This document shows, one piece after another, positions 9,998 through 20,732 of a stretch of 64,000 bases of DNA. Location of the stretch: contig JAANOX010000098.1 in NCBI GenBank assembly GCA_020184695.1, positions 124,001 through 188,000 on the forward strand. Direction: 5' to 3'. The DNA comes from Histomonas meleagridis 2922-C6/04-290x (lineage: Eukaryota; Protista; Parabasalia). Under the pieces are notes generated by a model. That model worked only from the letters and a program-made list of their open reading frames with translations. It was not told where the DNA came from and did no database searches. Both the position numbers and the translations under genes were made by a program. Numbering within the stretch: position 1 is the stretch's first letter; the number at the start of each line of letters is the position of its first letter.

Positions 9998-11485
9998 ATG
10001 TACGTTAACAATTTGGAATTTATGGAAAAGAACGAGCTTTTCGAGCTTCACATTGTACCTCAATTGATAGAACTTTGGAAAACATTTGGATTAAACAAGG
10101 ACGAACGTGATTCTGAGAAACAAGTTCTTAACAATTTGCTTATTCAAGAATATCAAAAATATGTAGAATCTATCAAAACCAAATGCAAAAACATGCAAAA
10201 CGAGATTACAAATGTTCTCCAAAATTATGAATCTGCAATGAAATCATATGGTTATTCTAAAGAAGAAATTAATGAAGCGCTTAAAGCAGCTTCATCAACA
10301 CTCCCATTAAGGCAACAACTACAAATTGCAAATTCAAAGTATGATGCTTTTCTTAAGTCATGCCAAGAAAGAAAAGACAAAATGCAATTTCTAATGAATG
10401 AGCTCAACAAAGTTTTCACTGCATTGGGTATTCCAAAAGAAGAAAGAGGCGAATTTAGCGAACTTGGAGAAACTGATTTCACTCTAGAACGTCAAGCACG
10501 CATGCAAAAGAAACTTAATGAACTCCAAACCGAAAAACAAAAACGAATTGATATTGTTCAAAAACTTAAAGGCCAAATCACTTCTCTTGCAAGTGAACTT
10601 AGCTTAACTATTGAAGAAGATATCACCACATTCTTAGGTAAATGTGTTGTTACAAAGCAAGCCATTCAATCACTTAAAGATTGTGCAAAGCGTTTGCAAA
10701 GTATTCGAGAAGAACGCGTTGCAAGTATATCACAAATGGCTGTTGAAATTAATCATTTATGGGATCTTCTTGAGATAAGTGAAGAAGAACGGAATCATTT
10801 CATTGCTCGTCATTCAACTCTTGGAATTGATGTTATTAACTCATGTCAAGCTGAAATTAAAAGACTTTCGGCGCAAAAAGAAGAGAAATTACAAACACTT
10901 ATTGTTATACAAAGGAAAGAGTTAAATGAACTATATGAAACGCTACATATTCCAATTGAAGAGAGAAATGTAATTAAAAAAACAAATGATATTAGTGATG
11001 AATTTTCTCAAACAGAAAAAGAGATATTACGTCTAAAGAGTATTTATATTGAATTTCATGATATTATTGAAGTAATTAATCAAAGGGAAGAAATCTTAAG
11101 GAATTGGAACGAATGTAAAGTTGCTTCATCTGATCCAAATCGTTTAATGTCAAGAACTCATGAAGGTGCAAAAAGATTAATGAAAGAAGCAAAAGCAAGA
11201 ACAGATTACAAAACAGTATTACCGAAGATCGAAAGAAAATTATTCTCAATGTTAAAAGAACATAAACAAAAGACAGGGAAAGATTTTATGTGGGATGGTG
11301 AACTTTACATTAAAAAACTCGAAAGCAAATATTCACTTGCAGAAAATGACAAAAATGTATCAAATACACCAAAGCCTAGACACAAAGCAACTAAAGTCAA
11401 AAATAGAGTCAGAGTTGAACAGACAACAACACCAACAAAATGTAAGACAGCCAGATGTAAGTCACCACGGAGACAATGGAAATAA
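9998..11485 (+). CDS. PRC1: MAP65/ASE1/PRC1 family antiparallel microtubule bundler
   Basis: Long coiled coil. LWDLL..SEEERNHF, DPNRLMSR, LPKIERKL...GKDFMWDG are typical of MAP65_ASE1. Confidence 0.85.
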   Translation: MYVNNLEFMEKNELFELHIVPQLIELWKTFGLNKDERDSEKQVLNNLLIQEYQKYVESIKTKCKNMQNEITNVLQNYESAMKSYGYSKEEINEALKAASSTLPLRQQLQIANSKYDAFLKSCQERKDKMQFLMNELNKVFTALGIPKEERGEFSELGETDFTLERQARMQKKLNELQTEKQKRIDIVQKLKGQITSLASELSLTIEEDITTFLGKCVVTKQAIQSLKDCAKRLQSIREERVASISQMAVEINHLWDLLEISEEERNHFIARHSTLGIDVINSCQAEIKRLSAQKEEKLQTLIVIQRKELNELYETLHIPIEERNVIKKTNDISDEFSQTEKEILRLKSIYIEFHDIIEVINQREEILRNWNECKVASSDPNRLMSRTHEGAKRLMKEAKARTDYKTVLPKIERKLFSMLKEHKQKTGKDFMWDGELYIKKLESKYSLAENDKNVSNTPKPRHKATKVKNRVRVEQTTTPTKCKTARCKSPRRQWK

Positions 11486-11660
11486 TAAATATTGATTGAG
11501 TAAATAAAGTAAATATATTTTAATTTTTTTTATGTTTTTAACAATTCCTTTCATAAAATTTAAATTAAAAATTAACAAAAATCAAAACATATTAAATAAA
11601 AAAACAATAACATTTAAAACAATCTATGGATTTATCTATAATCAAAAATTCTTGTAGCAA

Positions 11661-12686
11661 TTAAACGCCACAAGTAATAACAGCTATTCCTATTGCAAAT
11701 GACAACAATGGTGTAAATGGTGGAGAATGATATCTCACCGTTAATATTCCTTTTGATTTTTTATAAATGAGAAAAATGATATTTCCATCATTCCCATTCA
11801 CCACAAAATTTTTTGAGCTTTTCTTTATTGAATAATGCCCAAAATTAAGAACAATGTTTCCATTCGCAGTTATAGTCGGCATTGCTGTTGAATAAACGTT
11901 AACTCCTTCTATCGGCGTGTCACTTTTCGCTACTTTGGAAAGTTCAAATTTTTTCTCTGAAGGTTGATATTCATCAGACTCTGGAATAGCTACCCGAAAG
12001 AGTTTAAAGCTGACGCCGTTGAGTTTCTCTAAATGGAGCCATATACCCATTAATTGAAATTCATTTCCATTAATTGGTGGAGAATACAAGGTAAACCTAC
12101 GTCCCATTTTATGCCTTTGTAGAACTGCACATAAGTTTGGAGAGTTTAACGAAAACGGTGGAGATTTACAGATAAGATGAGACTTTCCATATTTTGTAGT
12201 CTTGGATTCAGAAAAAAATAAATTGATTTCCCCGCTGATACATCTAATTGAACGCTTCCATGTTCCTGTAAGCTTTCGTTTGTCATAAATTATTGAATGA
12301 ACAACTTCTTGATTTTCATTACATTTTTGTGGTGGAATAATTTCTTGCGAATTTGATAGCCTCGGTGAATCTGTTGAACGACTTAAACTCGGGTGGTCAT
12401 CATTATCATTAGTTTCTTGGATTTCAGGAGGTTGCGTGGTTTTAGAATCGACATTTTCGTTACTATTTCTTGACCTCCAACTTATTTGAACTATTTTTTC
12501 GGAACTAGTGGAATAAGATGTCTCGTCTGAGTCTGAAAAAATAATAAAATTAGGATTAAATCTTCTAGAATTATCTGACGATGGTCTGTTTAAACTTGGA
12601 TTATTGTAGGTAGTCCTTACTTCACGGGTATTACCCCTTATTGGTGAACGTGGAATATATCTTCTGTGAGGGCTGTTTCCTTTCAT
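11661..12686 (-). CDS. Tubby-like protein (disordered N-terminus plus Tubby C-terminal domain)
   Basis: C-terminal KSSKNF..IFLIYK...YHSPPFTPLLSFAIGIA resembles the Tubby end (xSVKNF...YxYPLxxLQAFAIAL). First ATG is at 12686. Confidence 0.7.
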   Translation of the reverse strand: MKGNSPHRRYIPRSPIRGNTREVRTTYNNPSLNRPSSDNSRRFNPNFIIFSDSDETSYSTSSEKIVQISWRSRNSNENVDSKTTQPPEIQETNDNDDHPSLSRSTDSPRLSNSQEIIPPQKCNENQEVVHSIIYDKRKLTGTWKRSIRCISGEINLFFSESKTTKYGKSHLICKSPPFSLNSPNLCAVLQRHKMGRRFTLYSPPINGNEFQLMGIWLHLEKLNGVSFKLFRVAIPESDEYQPSEKKFELSKVAKSDTPIEGVNVYSTAMPTITANGNIVLNFGHYSIKKSSKNFVVNGNDGNIIFLIYKKSKGILTVRYHSPPFTPLLSFAIGIAVITCGV

Positions 12687-13056
12687 GCTGTGTATCGTCT
12701 GAGAAACGTGATAACTTTTTGTTAGTGTTTTTTTTGTTCCAAACAGGGTTATTTCAAATTTTGAAAACAATTTTCTGTGAAAAATGATGTTGATAATAAC
12801 GAATTTTTAGCCGGCCAAAAAAAGGCGGTTGTTAGCGAAGACGCCTCAATTAAACTTTAAAGAAAAGACAGATAACTTGTTAGTTATTTGTGAAATTATT
12901 CGCAAAAGGAATTATCTCAATATAATTTATTAAGCTGTTTTTGCATATCTGATAATTGATCAGTATCTTAACAATAATCTGGAAAATACTCTATGCCATG
13001 TGTTTGTTTAGTAAATTGTTTTCCATAAAAAGCGAATAAATACAATTGGAAATTTT

Positions 13057-13647
13057 TTATTGAATAATACAAACTTCTTTTTCATTTTTACTCTTTTTGT
13101 TTTTAACATCTTTTGAATTGATACTTGAAAGTGATGGTGCTTTAATTAATTCATCATACAAAAGATCACAACATTGAGGAAGAATTTTATCAATCCCTTC
13201 ACCAGTTGTACAATTGGTTTCCATGTAAATAGCATTGATTTCTTTAGCTTTTGCTTCACCTTCTTCACGGGAAATTTTGCGATATTCAGTATGAATTGTA
13301 TTAGCAATTAAAATTTTGGGAATGCTGTTTTTACAGCTTTTCATGACCAATTCATTAAATGCACCAACATCTCCAAAAGTATATACTATTTCAGTGTTAT
13401 AGATAATTAGAATTGCATTTTGCAATGGAAAATAATTCACAAGGTAACTACGATAGCGCCCTTGCCCAAGTGTATCCCAAATTTGAAATCTTATGGTTAT
13501 ATCTTTGTAAGGTATCTTTATTGATTCGAAAATACAACCTACTTGTCTTTCAGGTAAAGAATCAACTCCCATAATCCTGTGTCTGATAAATGTTTTCCCA
13601 GCTTGTGTACTTCCAATTAAAATAATACTGCAAGGTTTTGTTTCCAT
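13057..13647 (-). CDS. Divergent Rab-like small GTPase with CaaX box
   Basis: G1 GSTQAGKT, G3 WDTLGQ, degenerate G4 (NTIH) and G5 (ETNC), C-terminus CIIQ. ATG at 13647; the track's 13740 start is GTG. Confidence 0.8.
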   Translation of the reverse strand: METKPCSIILIGSTQAGKTFIRHRIMGVDSLPERQVGCIFESIKIPYKDITIRFQIWDTLGQGRYRSYLVNYFPLQNAILIIYNTEIVYTFGDVGAFNELVMKSCKNSIPKILIANTIHTEYRKISREEGEAKAKEINAIYMETNCTTGEGIDKILPQCCDLLYDELIKAPSLSSINSKDVKNKKSKNEKEVCIIQ

Positions 13648-13650
13648 TGG

Positions 13651-13747
13651 TATGTAACGCGATTGGATCCCTGGGATTCGTCCCAACCCTCCGGGTCCCT
13701 TCTGCCGGTTCCCCCGAATGCCGTGCCCTTCGGGGAGCACGTTAATA
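13651..13747 (+). ncRNA. Candidate structured non-coding RNA of unknown family
   Basis: 53/80 G+C over 13661-13740 versus 16/60 in the next 60 nt. Hairpins TGGGA-TTCG-TCCCA and GTG/CCC-TTCG-GGG/CAC. Enclosing stem GGATCC/GGGTCC. G-U pairs and UUCG loops favour the + strand. Confidence 0.45.
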
Positions 13748-13888
13748 TTAAATGTCTTACTAGAGAACGTTAATTACTGAGTCTTAACAACTTCATTCAA
13801 GTGGAATGTGACTGTACAAGTAAAGTTGTTACTCCTTACGTAAACTCCAATTTAAATTCAAACCTATTATACAAAACAATAATTTTTA

Positions 13889-15199
13889 TTAAATACGTTG
13901 ATATGAGAACGATCCATTTATATTCGAGCTATATTGTGAATACATTAAAAGTACCACCACAAAAAGGGATTCCAAAATTGCAACAAATAACAACAACTGT
14001 ATGAAAGTAGAGAATCCCACACTCGTTACGCTATCATCCACACCTACTTCGTACCCGTTCATATCCGACACAATATCACCCAAGCTTATCGCTTTTTGTG
14101 TTGATCTTGTTAACACGTCATGTACTGTTTCCTTAAACACACGCACCATTTCATCTGTTTGATTACATGTATTAGAAACAGAATGATTCATCTCAGGAAT
14201 ACTATTAATGAGCTTCACTTTTCGTTTGGCCCATTTCGAAGAAAAATTACCAATCGAATTTTCGACAAAGTTCACCAAGTCGTTTTGCTTTGCTAAAGTA
14301 GAAACAACTTCGAGAAGAACTTCAATGGAATCAAAGACACGTTCCCGATTCGTGTTGGCAAAAAGTGAAGTGTCGTAATTGTTATCGTTCGCTTTTTGAA
14401 TGTCGCTGGTGAAGTAGTTCAACTTCACAGTGCGGAAGATTTCGTTTGGACTCTTTTGGAAGTCATATGAATCATAGTTCATGTTTGTGACTTCGCGCTT
14501 GGTTTTGCTTTTCGATTGATCTTGTTTAATGCGTGGATTAACTTGCGCTATGATGCTATCAATTTCAATACCAGAGGCAAATTCTCCAGTGGAAGCAGAA
14601 ATGCCAATGTAGTTATGTGTGACGTCTGTTTGTAACTCTTGTTGATCAATTAATGTTAACATGTCTGGTGCTTCGCCGCCATATAATAATACTTCACCTT
14701 TTTTCAAGGAAAGTTTAAGGGTGATCGAAACTTCTTCATCAGCTAAACCATATGTTACACATGGTTCTGGTAGAACTGCTGTAAATAAATCATCTGATCC
14801 TGAAGATTGAATCATATGTATTTCTAAAACTCTTTCATAATCACGTTCACTGATATCACCAATAATAGCAATACCATCAAGTTTTGGTGGACCGCCGTAA
14901 AATGGCCCTTTTGGTATTAATTTTTTGTTGTACCATATGCAAAAGCCTCCATGAAATTGTGGTTGAATAATTTTGATGTTAAACAATATTGACCAACCTG
15001 TAGCTGGAAATTCTGCGTTTGTCCAAAGAGAACCAATTCGATGTTGAATTGGAGGAACTAGAACAATGCGATCTTCTGTTGCAATAGAATGTCCAAATAA
15101 TTTCCATTCTCCGACTGAGTTTTCATCTGGAGAAAAGGGTGGGACAAGATCAACTATTGAACAACCTATTGAACGAAAAAAACAAAGAAAATAAAACAT
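13889..15199 (-). CDS. L-type (legume-like) lectin membrane protein, ERGIC-53/VIP36-like
   Basis: Hydrophobic N-terminus. WKLFGHSIATEDRIVLVPP...GSLWTN...GGFCIWY...FYGGP..DGIAI..D lectin pattern, then coiled coil and C-terminal TM. Confidence 0.75.
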   Translation of the reverse strand: MFYFLCFFRSIGCSIVDLVPPFSPDENSVGEWKLFGHSIATEDRIVLVPPIQHRIGSLWTNAEFPATGWSILFNIKIIQPQFHGGFCIWYNKKLIPKGPFYGGPPKLDGIAIIGDISERDYERVLEIHMIQSSGSDDLFTAVLPEPCVTYGLADEEVSITLKLSLKKGEVLLYGGEAPDMLTLIDQQELQTDVTHNYIGISASTGEFASGIEIDSIIAQVNPRIKQDQSKSKTKREVTNMNYDSYDFQKSPNEIFRTVKLNYFTSDIQKANDNNYDTSLFANTNRERVFDSIEVLLEVVSTLAKQNDLVNFVENSIGNFSSKWAKRKVKLINSIPEMNHSVSNTCNQTDEMVRVFKETVHDVLTRSTQKAISLGDIVSDMNGYEVGVDDSVTSVGFSTFIQLLLFVAILESLFVVVLLMYSQYSSNINGSFSYQRI

Positions 15200-15617
15200 C
15201 CAACTGGATATATTCTATCGTCAAACAGACTCCCCCAAATAAAATTGTTTACTTTGTATTAAAATAAAGCACTTTATTGTTTGATGAATTTTTCAAACCA
15301 AAAAATTGTCTGTAAATAATTTATGTCAATTAAGTTTTAGTAAATATTGAAAATATATTTGCAAAATTTAAAATCTAGAAAATATATTTTAAAGGAATTT
15401 CATTAAAATTTCGATGCACACTTTAATAATAAGTATGGTTGGACTTTACTATCTGGCAAATTTGAAAATATATATATGGAATTGAATATGGTTGAAATTA
15501 AGATTCACGTTTATGACTTCTATATTCTATATATGATAACTCCCCACATATTTAGAGAGTTGTTATTAAATATTTTTAGTAAATAAAAAAAATATTTCTT
15601 CTAACCGTAAAAGTGAC

Positions 15618-17078
15618 ATGGGCTAACTAAATTCGACCTTGAATATAGGATACAAAGACCCAAAAAAGAACAAATTTCCAAAAACTTCAACAAAATTTTT
15701 AGCAGCACAAAGAGGTCAAAGTAATGTTTCAATTGAAAAAGAAGAAAAATCAGAAAATGCTATTGCTTATATTAAACAATCATTTGAAGAACTGTTCAAA
15801 ATAATTAATAACCCAACTTACCACAAAAGCAATTTAATTCGTATACTGGGTTCATTGAAATCCCCGCTCAAAGCAGCACTCAAATATAAATTGTTTCCTT
15901 TATTTACCAATAATTTTTTCCAGCAGCTCATTTTATATTGCTTAAATGAGAATAGAGTTGACGAAGGAAAAGCTCTATGTGATTTATTGAAAAAGATTTG
16001 TATTATTTTTTCAAATCATCAATATCCATTTTCTCAAGAATCGCTTAACAAGATCATAGAATTTGTCACAGTTATAGATCCATGTTCCAAAACTTCTTTA
16101 ACTCTTCTTATGTTAATATCTAAAAAATATCCAGATCTTTGTATCCAATTTGAGCAATTTTTTTACCAAAATTTCCACATTGAAACAGTTGAAATAATTT
16201 CTCTATTCATTTATCATGTAATCAACACTGCAATTATGATTCCTGATTTTGACTTTTTGCCAATGGTTGAAGTGATCGGCAAAATACTTTCGGGGTGCCC
16301 CAACATCAATGCACAGACGACCGTTTACACGACGATCAAAATTACTTTGACTCAAAAAGTTCCACTTTTTATAGAGAACTTCCAAAGCGAATTTTGGCTT
16401 AAACATTTTTGTGAAATGCGAAGATCTCAGCTAAATTGCATTACTATACTTGGCTGGGAATTAACAGGTTTAATGATTGAGTTCATTAATCAACAAATTA
16501 TTACATCAAAAGAATATTTTGATTTGCCACTTATTAATCATTTTTTATGTAAAGACGGGGAAAGTTCACATAAGGTTCAAATTGCTATTTTTAACTTTTT
16601 GGGAAATGCAATTAAAAGGTGTCCTTTAATCATTGATATCATATTAGAAAATGAAAATCCAGAATTTTCTATTTTAGTTCCTCTAATGAATTGTATTCAC
16701 TACAGCATATACCAAGTGCAATACTCAGCGCTCTCAGTTTTATTGGACATTTTAATGCGCGCAAACGCTTTTCAATTGAGAATGATCGGCCCAGTTAACG
16801 TTGTCGACGCACTTTTTAACCACATTTTAACCGTCGATAATACGACAGAATTAACGGTCATCCGGTGTTTAATAAGAGTTGTTAATGCTTGTAATACTTC
16901 CAAACTTGATTACAAAATTGAGGAGATTTTTGATATGTTTGAAGCTTATGATGCTTTGATGTCTTTGTTTGATTCTGAGGTAGTAGCAAATGAAGTACAA
17001 ACTTTGTTGGACCTTGTTTATAAAAATAAATTTGCATATTTTTTATATTATTTCGTATGTGAAATTTTCAATTTATGA
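15618..17078 (+). CDS. ARM/HEAT-repeat (importin-alpha-like) protein with an anomalous start
   Basis: Open helical-repeat frame 15639..17078. The in-frame ATG at 15618 is followed by TAA at codon 3, and the next in-frame ATG is about 470 nt downstream. Confidence 0.6.
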
Positions 17079-17362
17079 GTGCTTGAAATGTATCATATTT
17101 AATGATATATTTCCAATTTACATCGGAACAGTTTCTGTGAAAATTGAATAGTTTATTGATTGAATCTATTTCAACCATAATAGGATGAACATTAATTAAC
17201 AAATCATTTTTCAACCTCGGTAACACAGCTGAAACATAAGTACATTCAAATACTTCTCTATGTTTTATTAATTAATGAAAACATTAAAAACGTATCACAT
17301 CAGTATGTTTTTATTTACTAAGTATCATAAATATACAATTTTGTGACAATTATATTATAAGT

Positions 17363-20200
17363 TTATTTAAAGAACTGTTGTAAACGTGTTTTTTTCTCTT
17401 CTGAGTTACCCACCACTTCATTTAACACCAAGTTTGTGTTTGGGGCACCCTTCACGAGCACGTTAATCAATTCACTGAGTCTGTTCACATCATCGGTGTC
17501 AATTCTTTTGCTTAAGTTTAAAGGGTTAATTACAAGTAATCTAGCGATAGCTCCAATTATATTTAAAGCGAAAGCATTTAATATATCGTTATCATGAGCC
17601 ATATCCAACAGATATTTACACATCAATTTTGTGTCATTAATTTGTTTTGGAGGGAATTGTTCGAAAGTTTTTATGAATGTGTTTACGTCCAATTGTATAA
17701 TGTTCTTATAGAACAAAACGATTATCCATTGGAGCAAAGCCAAATTTGATAATGTTTCCAATAAATTAGAGTTTGAAGTTATTAATTCATTTATCCAATA
17801 ATTCGACCAATTATAAACGTTTTTAATTTGATCGGCATTACTTAACAATTTATTTTCGATTAAGTTTATGATTAAAAATGATAAATTTTGTATCAAATCC
17901 GAATCAATTTGATTCTGTGATATCAAATACATCGTTATCATCACAATTTCATTTATTTCCTCATTAACGAAAGTCTTATTTTCAATTCCCTCAATAAATA
18001 TATCTAAAGATAAATCGATGAGTTCAATATCATTTGTTTCGATTAACTTTTTCGCAAACATAAAAATCGCACGACAGAAATCGCCATTAAACTTAAGCAT
18101 ATTACACATCATTGAAACAGCTGATGTGAATATCGGGTTATCTTTCTTGATATCATTTGATAAAAATGTGCTTAGTATTTTTTGTGATGCATTAAGTATT
18201 GGTTCTCCAACTTCATCTAATAACTTCGATATAAACAAAACGCATTCATTAATAACACTTTGATTCGATGTTTGCATTGCGATATCACTAAACATCATCG
18301 AAATTTGTTGTAACATTTCGACAGATAAAACTTTCGCTATTCGTAACATTGATACAAACGTCGCATTAATTAATACTTCATCATTTGATTGCCCCCATTT
18401 CATACATATATCAAAGATATGATGTACCAAAAATTCGTTTGGTAAAATTTCGGCAATTGAAGAAGCGCAAAGTAATGCGTTTTTACGTATATTTGTGTTC
18501 ATCTCTTCATTTGTAAGTATCCAATCGATTCTTTGATAAAAATCTTGATCGAACAATTGTGAAAACATTGGAATTAAATATTGTAAACGATGTAAACAAT
18601 TAATTATTGGTTCATCTTGTTCAGAACTAATACACATTTTAATAGATATGAATGTTGGCTCGAGTAATATTTGATGAGTTATCTCAAAGTTTGTTAATAA
18701 AACACTTGATATTGATAACGCGCCATTAAATGTATTAATGTTTTGTAAGTTATTTTTAGCGTATTCAGATATTTGTATTATAATGTTTTCATCGATTTCT
18801 TCGCATTGATTCTCAATGGATCGTGCTAAAAGAGTCATATAAAGTTCAACATCTTCTGTAACTTGCGATGATATTTTCCATATGTTCTCGACAAGGCCAT
18901 GAAATGGTATCGAGATAGAAGTAATACATTGATAAATAGCGTCACGTGAATGATGTCGTAATGCTGGAGATGGACTTAAAAGTAATGGAATTGTATAATC
19001 CAAGAATAAGTTCGAGTTAAGAATTTGTTTCTCAAATACTTCCGAAAGTGATGATATAAATTCACAAATAATCAGTATGTATATTTCATTTTGGATTTGT
19101 GATATTTTACGAATTAAATTCATGCAAATTTCCCAATCATTTCGTATCAATTTGGATATTTTTTCCATTAATGATTTGATTAAAAAAAGAATTACTAAAA
19201 CAAAAAATTCATTGACATTAAGTGATTCAACCATTTTTGCATGTATAAATGAATAAATTTTTTCAACACTTGTTCTGTCAATTGCATTATTAAATATATC
19301 GGCTAATATTTGAGGATCTTCATCTTGAATTATCATTGTTGACAATATTAATGATTTATCTAAAATTGTATAAATTAAATCATCGGGTAATTTGTCAAAT
19401 TTATGTGATAATACAATTAAAGCTTGCATCTTGGCTATCGGAGATAACGTCGGAATTTCAAACGACAAAAGTGACGCTTGCGATACGTCGTAAAGTTGTG
19501 AATCTGGAATTTCAACTTCTGAAAAAATGGAACCAATTGAATTCCAGATGTGAATAAAAACGTTTTCTGGCTGTTCTAATGATTCACGTGCAAATGATAG
19601 AATTATTGATAGATGATCATTAAGTTGGTCAGCACCAAATATCGCTGAAAAGGTTATGAAAAGATTAATTGATAAAGTTCGAAGATGCCAATTTGGTTGT
19701 GTTAATCCAAAATGACTAATTGCTTTACACTCTTCACTATATCGAAAGAAGATAGGAAATAATTCTGGAGATAATGAAATTGTGTAAAGTAAACTAAGTT
19801 GGAATGGAAGAATGGAAGGATTCGGATTAAAAAAGGGACTTAAATCAACAGAATCACCAAGTGATTTAATAAAAGTTTTAATTATTTTGGTTAAGGTGTT
19901 GATGTCGCGCTCCTCTGTGAGGTGAAAGGGGAATTCAAATATTGAATTCACAATTGTTACTTGAATATTTCCTGGAATTTTTCCCCATGATTTATTTATG
20001 GTTTGATCAAGAAGAACTAATGAACGTGATTGAAGTTGGGTATCATTTTGAATAATGGAAATTAACGCAAAACAAAAATCTGATGGATTGAGTTCCATTT
20101 GTTCCATGATGTTTCGCGTTCCAAGTTGAATCAGTTCATTGTTGCTAGTATCTAAATAAAAAATATATTTTGCGATTTCTTGCGTGTATTGCTCAACCAT
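17363..20200 (-). CDS. Importin-beta/karyopherin-like HEAT-repeat protein
   Basis: About 945 aa of alpha-solenoid. The N-terminus resembles IBN_N (LISII...SRSLVLLDQTINKSWGKIPGNIQVTIVNSI). ATG at 20200. Confidence 0.6.
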   Translation of the reverse strand: MVEQYTQEIAKYIFYLDTSNNELIQLGTRNIMEQMELNPSDFCFALISIIQNDTQLQSRSLVLLDQTINKSWGKIPGNIQVTIVNSIFEFPFHLTEERDINTLTKIIKTFIKSLGDSVDLSPFFNPNPSILPFQLSLLYTISLSPELFPIFFRYSEECKAISHFGLTQPNWHLRTLSINLFITFSAIFGADQLNDHLSIILSFARESLEQPENVFIHIWNSIGSIFSEVEIPDSQLYDVSQASLLSFEIPTLSPIAKMQALIVLSHKFDKLPDDLIYTILDKSLILSTMIIQDEDPQILADIFNNAIDRTSVEKIYSFIHAKMVESLNVNEFFVLVILFLIKSLMEKISKLIRNDWEICMNLIRKISQIQNEIYILIICEFISSLSEVFEKQILNSNLFLDYTIPLLLSPSPALRHHSRDAIYQCITSISIPFHGLVENIWKISSQVTEDVELYMTLLARSIENQCEEIDENIIIQISEYAKNNLQNINTFNGALSISSVLLTNFEITHQILLEPTFISIKMCISSEQDEPIINCLHRLQYLIPMFSQLFDQDFYQRIDWILTNEEMNTNIRKNALLCASSIAEILPNEFLVHHIFDICMKWGQSNDEVLINATFVSMLRIAKVLSVEMLQQISMMFSDIAMQTSNQSVINECVLFISKLLDEVGEPILNASQKILSTFLSNDIKKDNPIFTSAVSMMCNMLKFNGDFCRAIFMFAKKLIETNDIELIDLSLDIFIEGIENKTFVNEEINEIVMITMYLISQNQIDSDLIQNLSFLIINLIENKLLSNADQIKNVYNWSNYWINELITSNSNLLETLSNLALLQWIIVLFYKNIIQLDVNTFIKTFEQFPPKQINDTKLMCKYLLDMAHDNDILNAFALNIIGAIARLLVINPLNLSKRIDTDDVNRLSELINVLVKGAPNTNLVLNEVVGNSEEKKTRLQQFFK

Positions 20201-20732
20201 TTGAAAGCCGATCAAATTACACACAAATAGTTGACTCAAGCAAGATAGCCAAATATATTTTCCGAGAAATCGTTCAAACAATACCTTAATAAATTTTACA
20301 TAATATGTAATTATAGTACCAACCAAGCAATGCAAAAACTGCTCACTATTTTTGAACACAATTGGAATTATGATATTTAATCAAAATCCACCAATTTACC
20401 AATAATAATAATAAACCTAATTTTACACCACAAAATTAATGTTTCCTTCGCTAAATAATTTTAACTTTTAAAGAAATTGATTTATAAATTATGAACATTA
20501 CATTATTGCAAAACTGCATGTCCCCATTTGTTTTCCAAATATTATTTAAACCACATACATAAAAATGTAGTTTCATCAACTTAGCATGTCCCTAAAATCA
20601 CAGTAAGCACATAGAAAGATTCTGATCTAGTTCCTTCTATTTCTCTCTAACTCATCATGCTTATGTGATACAATAACTCAATTGACAGAAAGTTCATGAT
20701 GCTAAAAAAAGATTTAAAGATTCTTTTAGGAA

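Noticed and set aside
13648-13740. GC-rich segment as a Rab N-terminal extension (ORF track MLPEGHG...) or as a tRNA
   Set aside because: The extension starts at GTG with no Inr. As a tRNA, the minus-strand GGG-ACGAAT-CCC mimics a T-arm, but the loop is 6 nt and no acceptor stem, D-arm or anticodon arm forms.
13722-13760. Resemblance of CGTG...CACGTTAATA to pistol ribozyme P1, and of GCCGGTTCCC to twister
   Set aside because: The required pseudoknot partners and conserved downstream motifs are absent.
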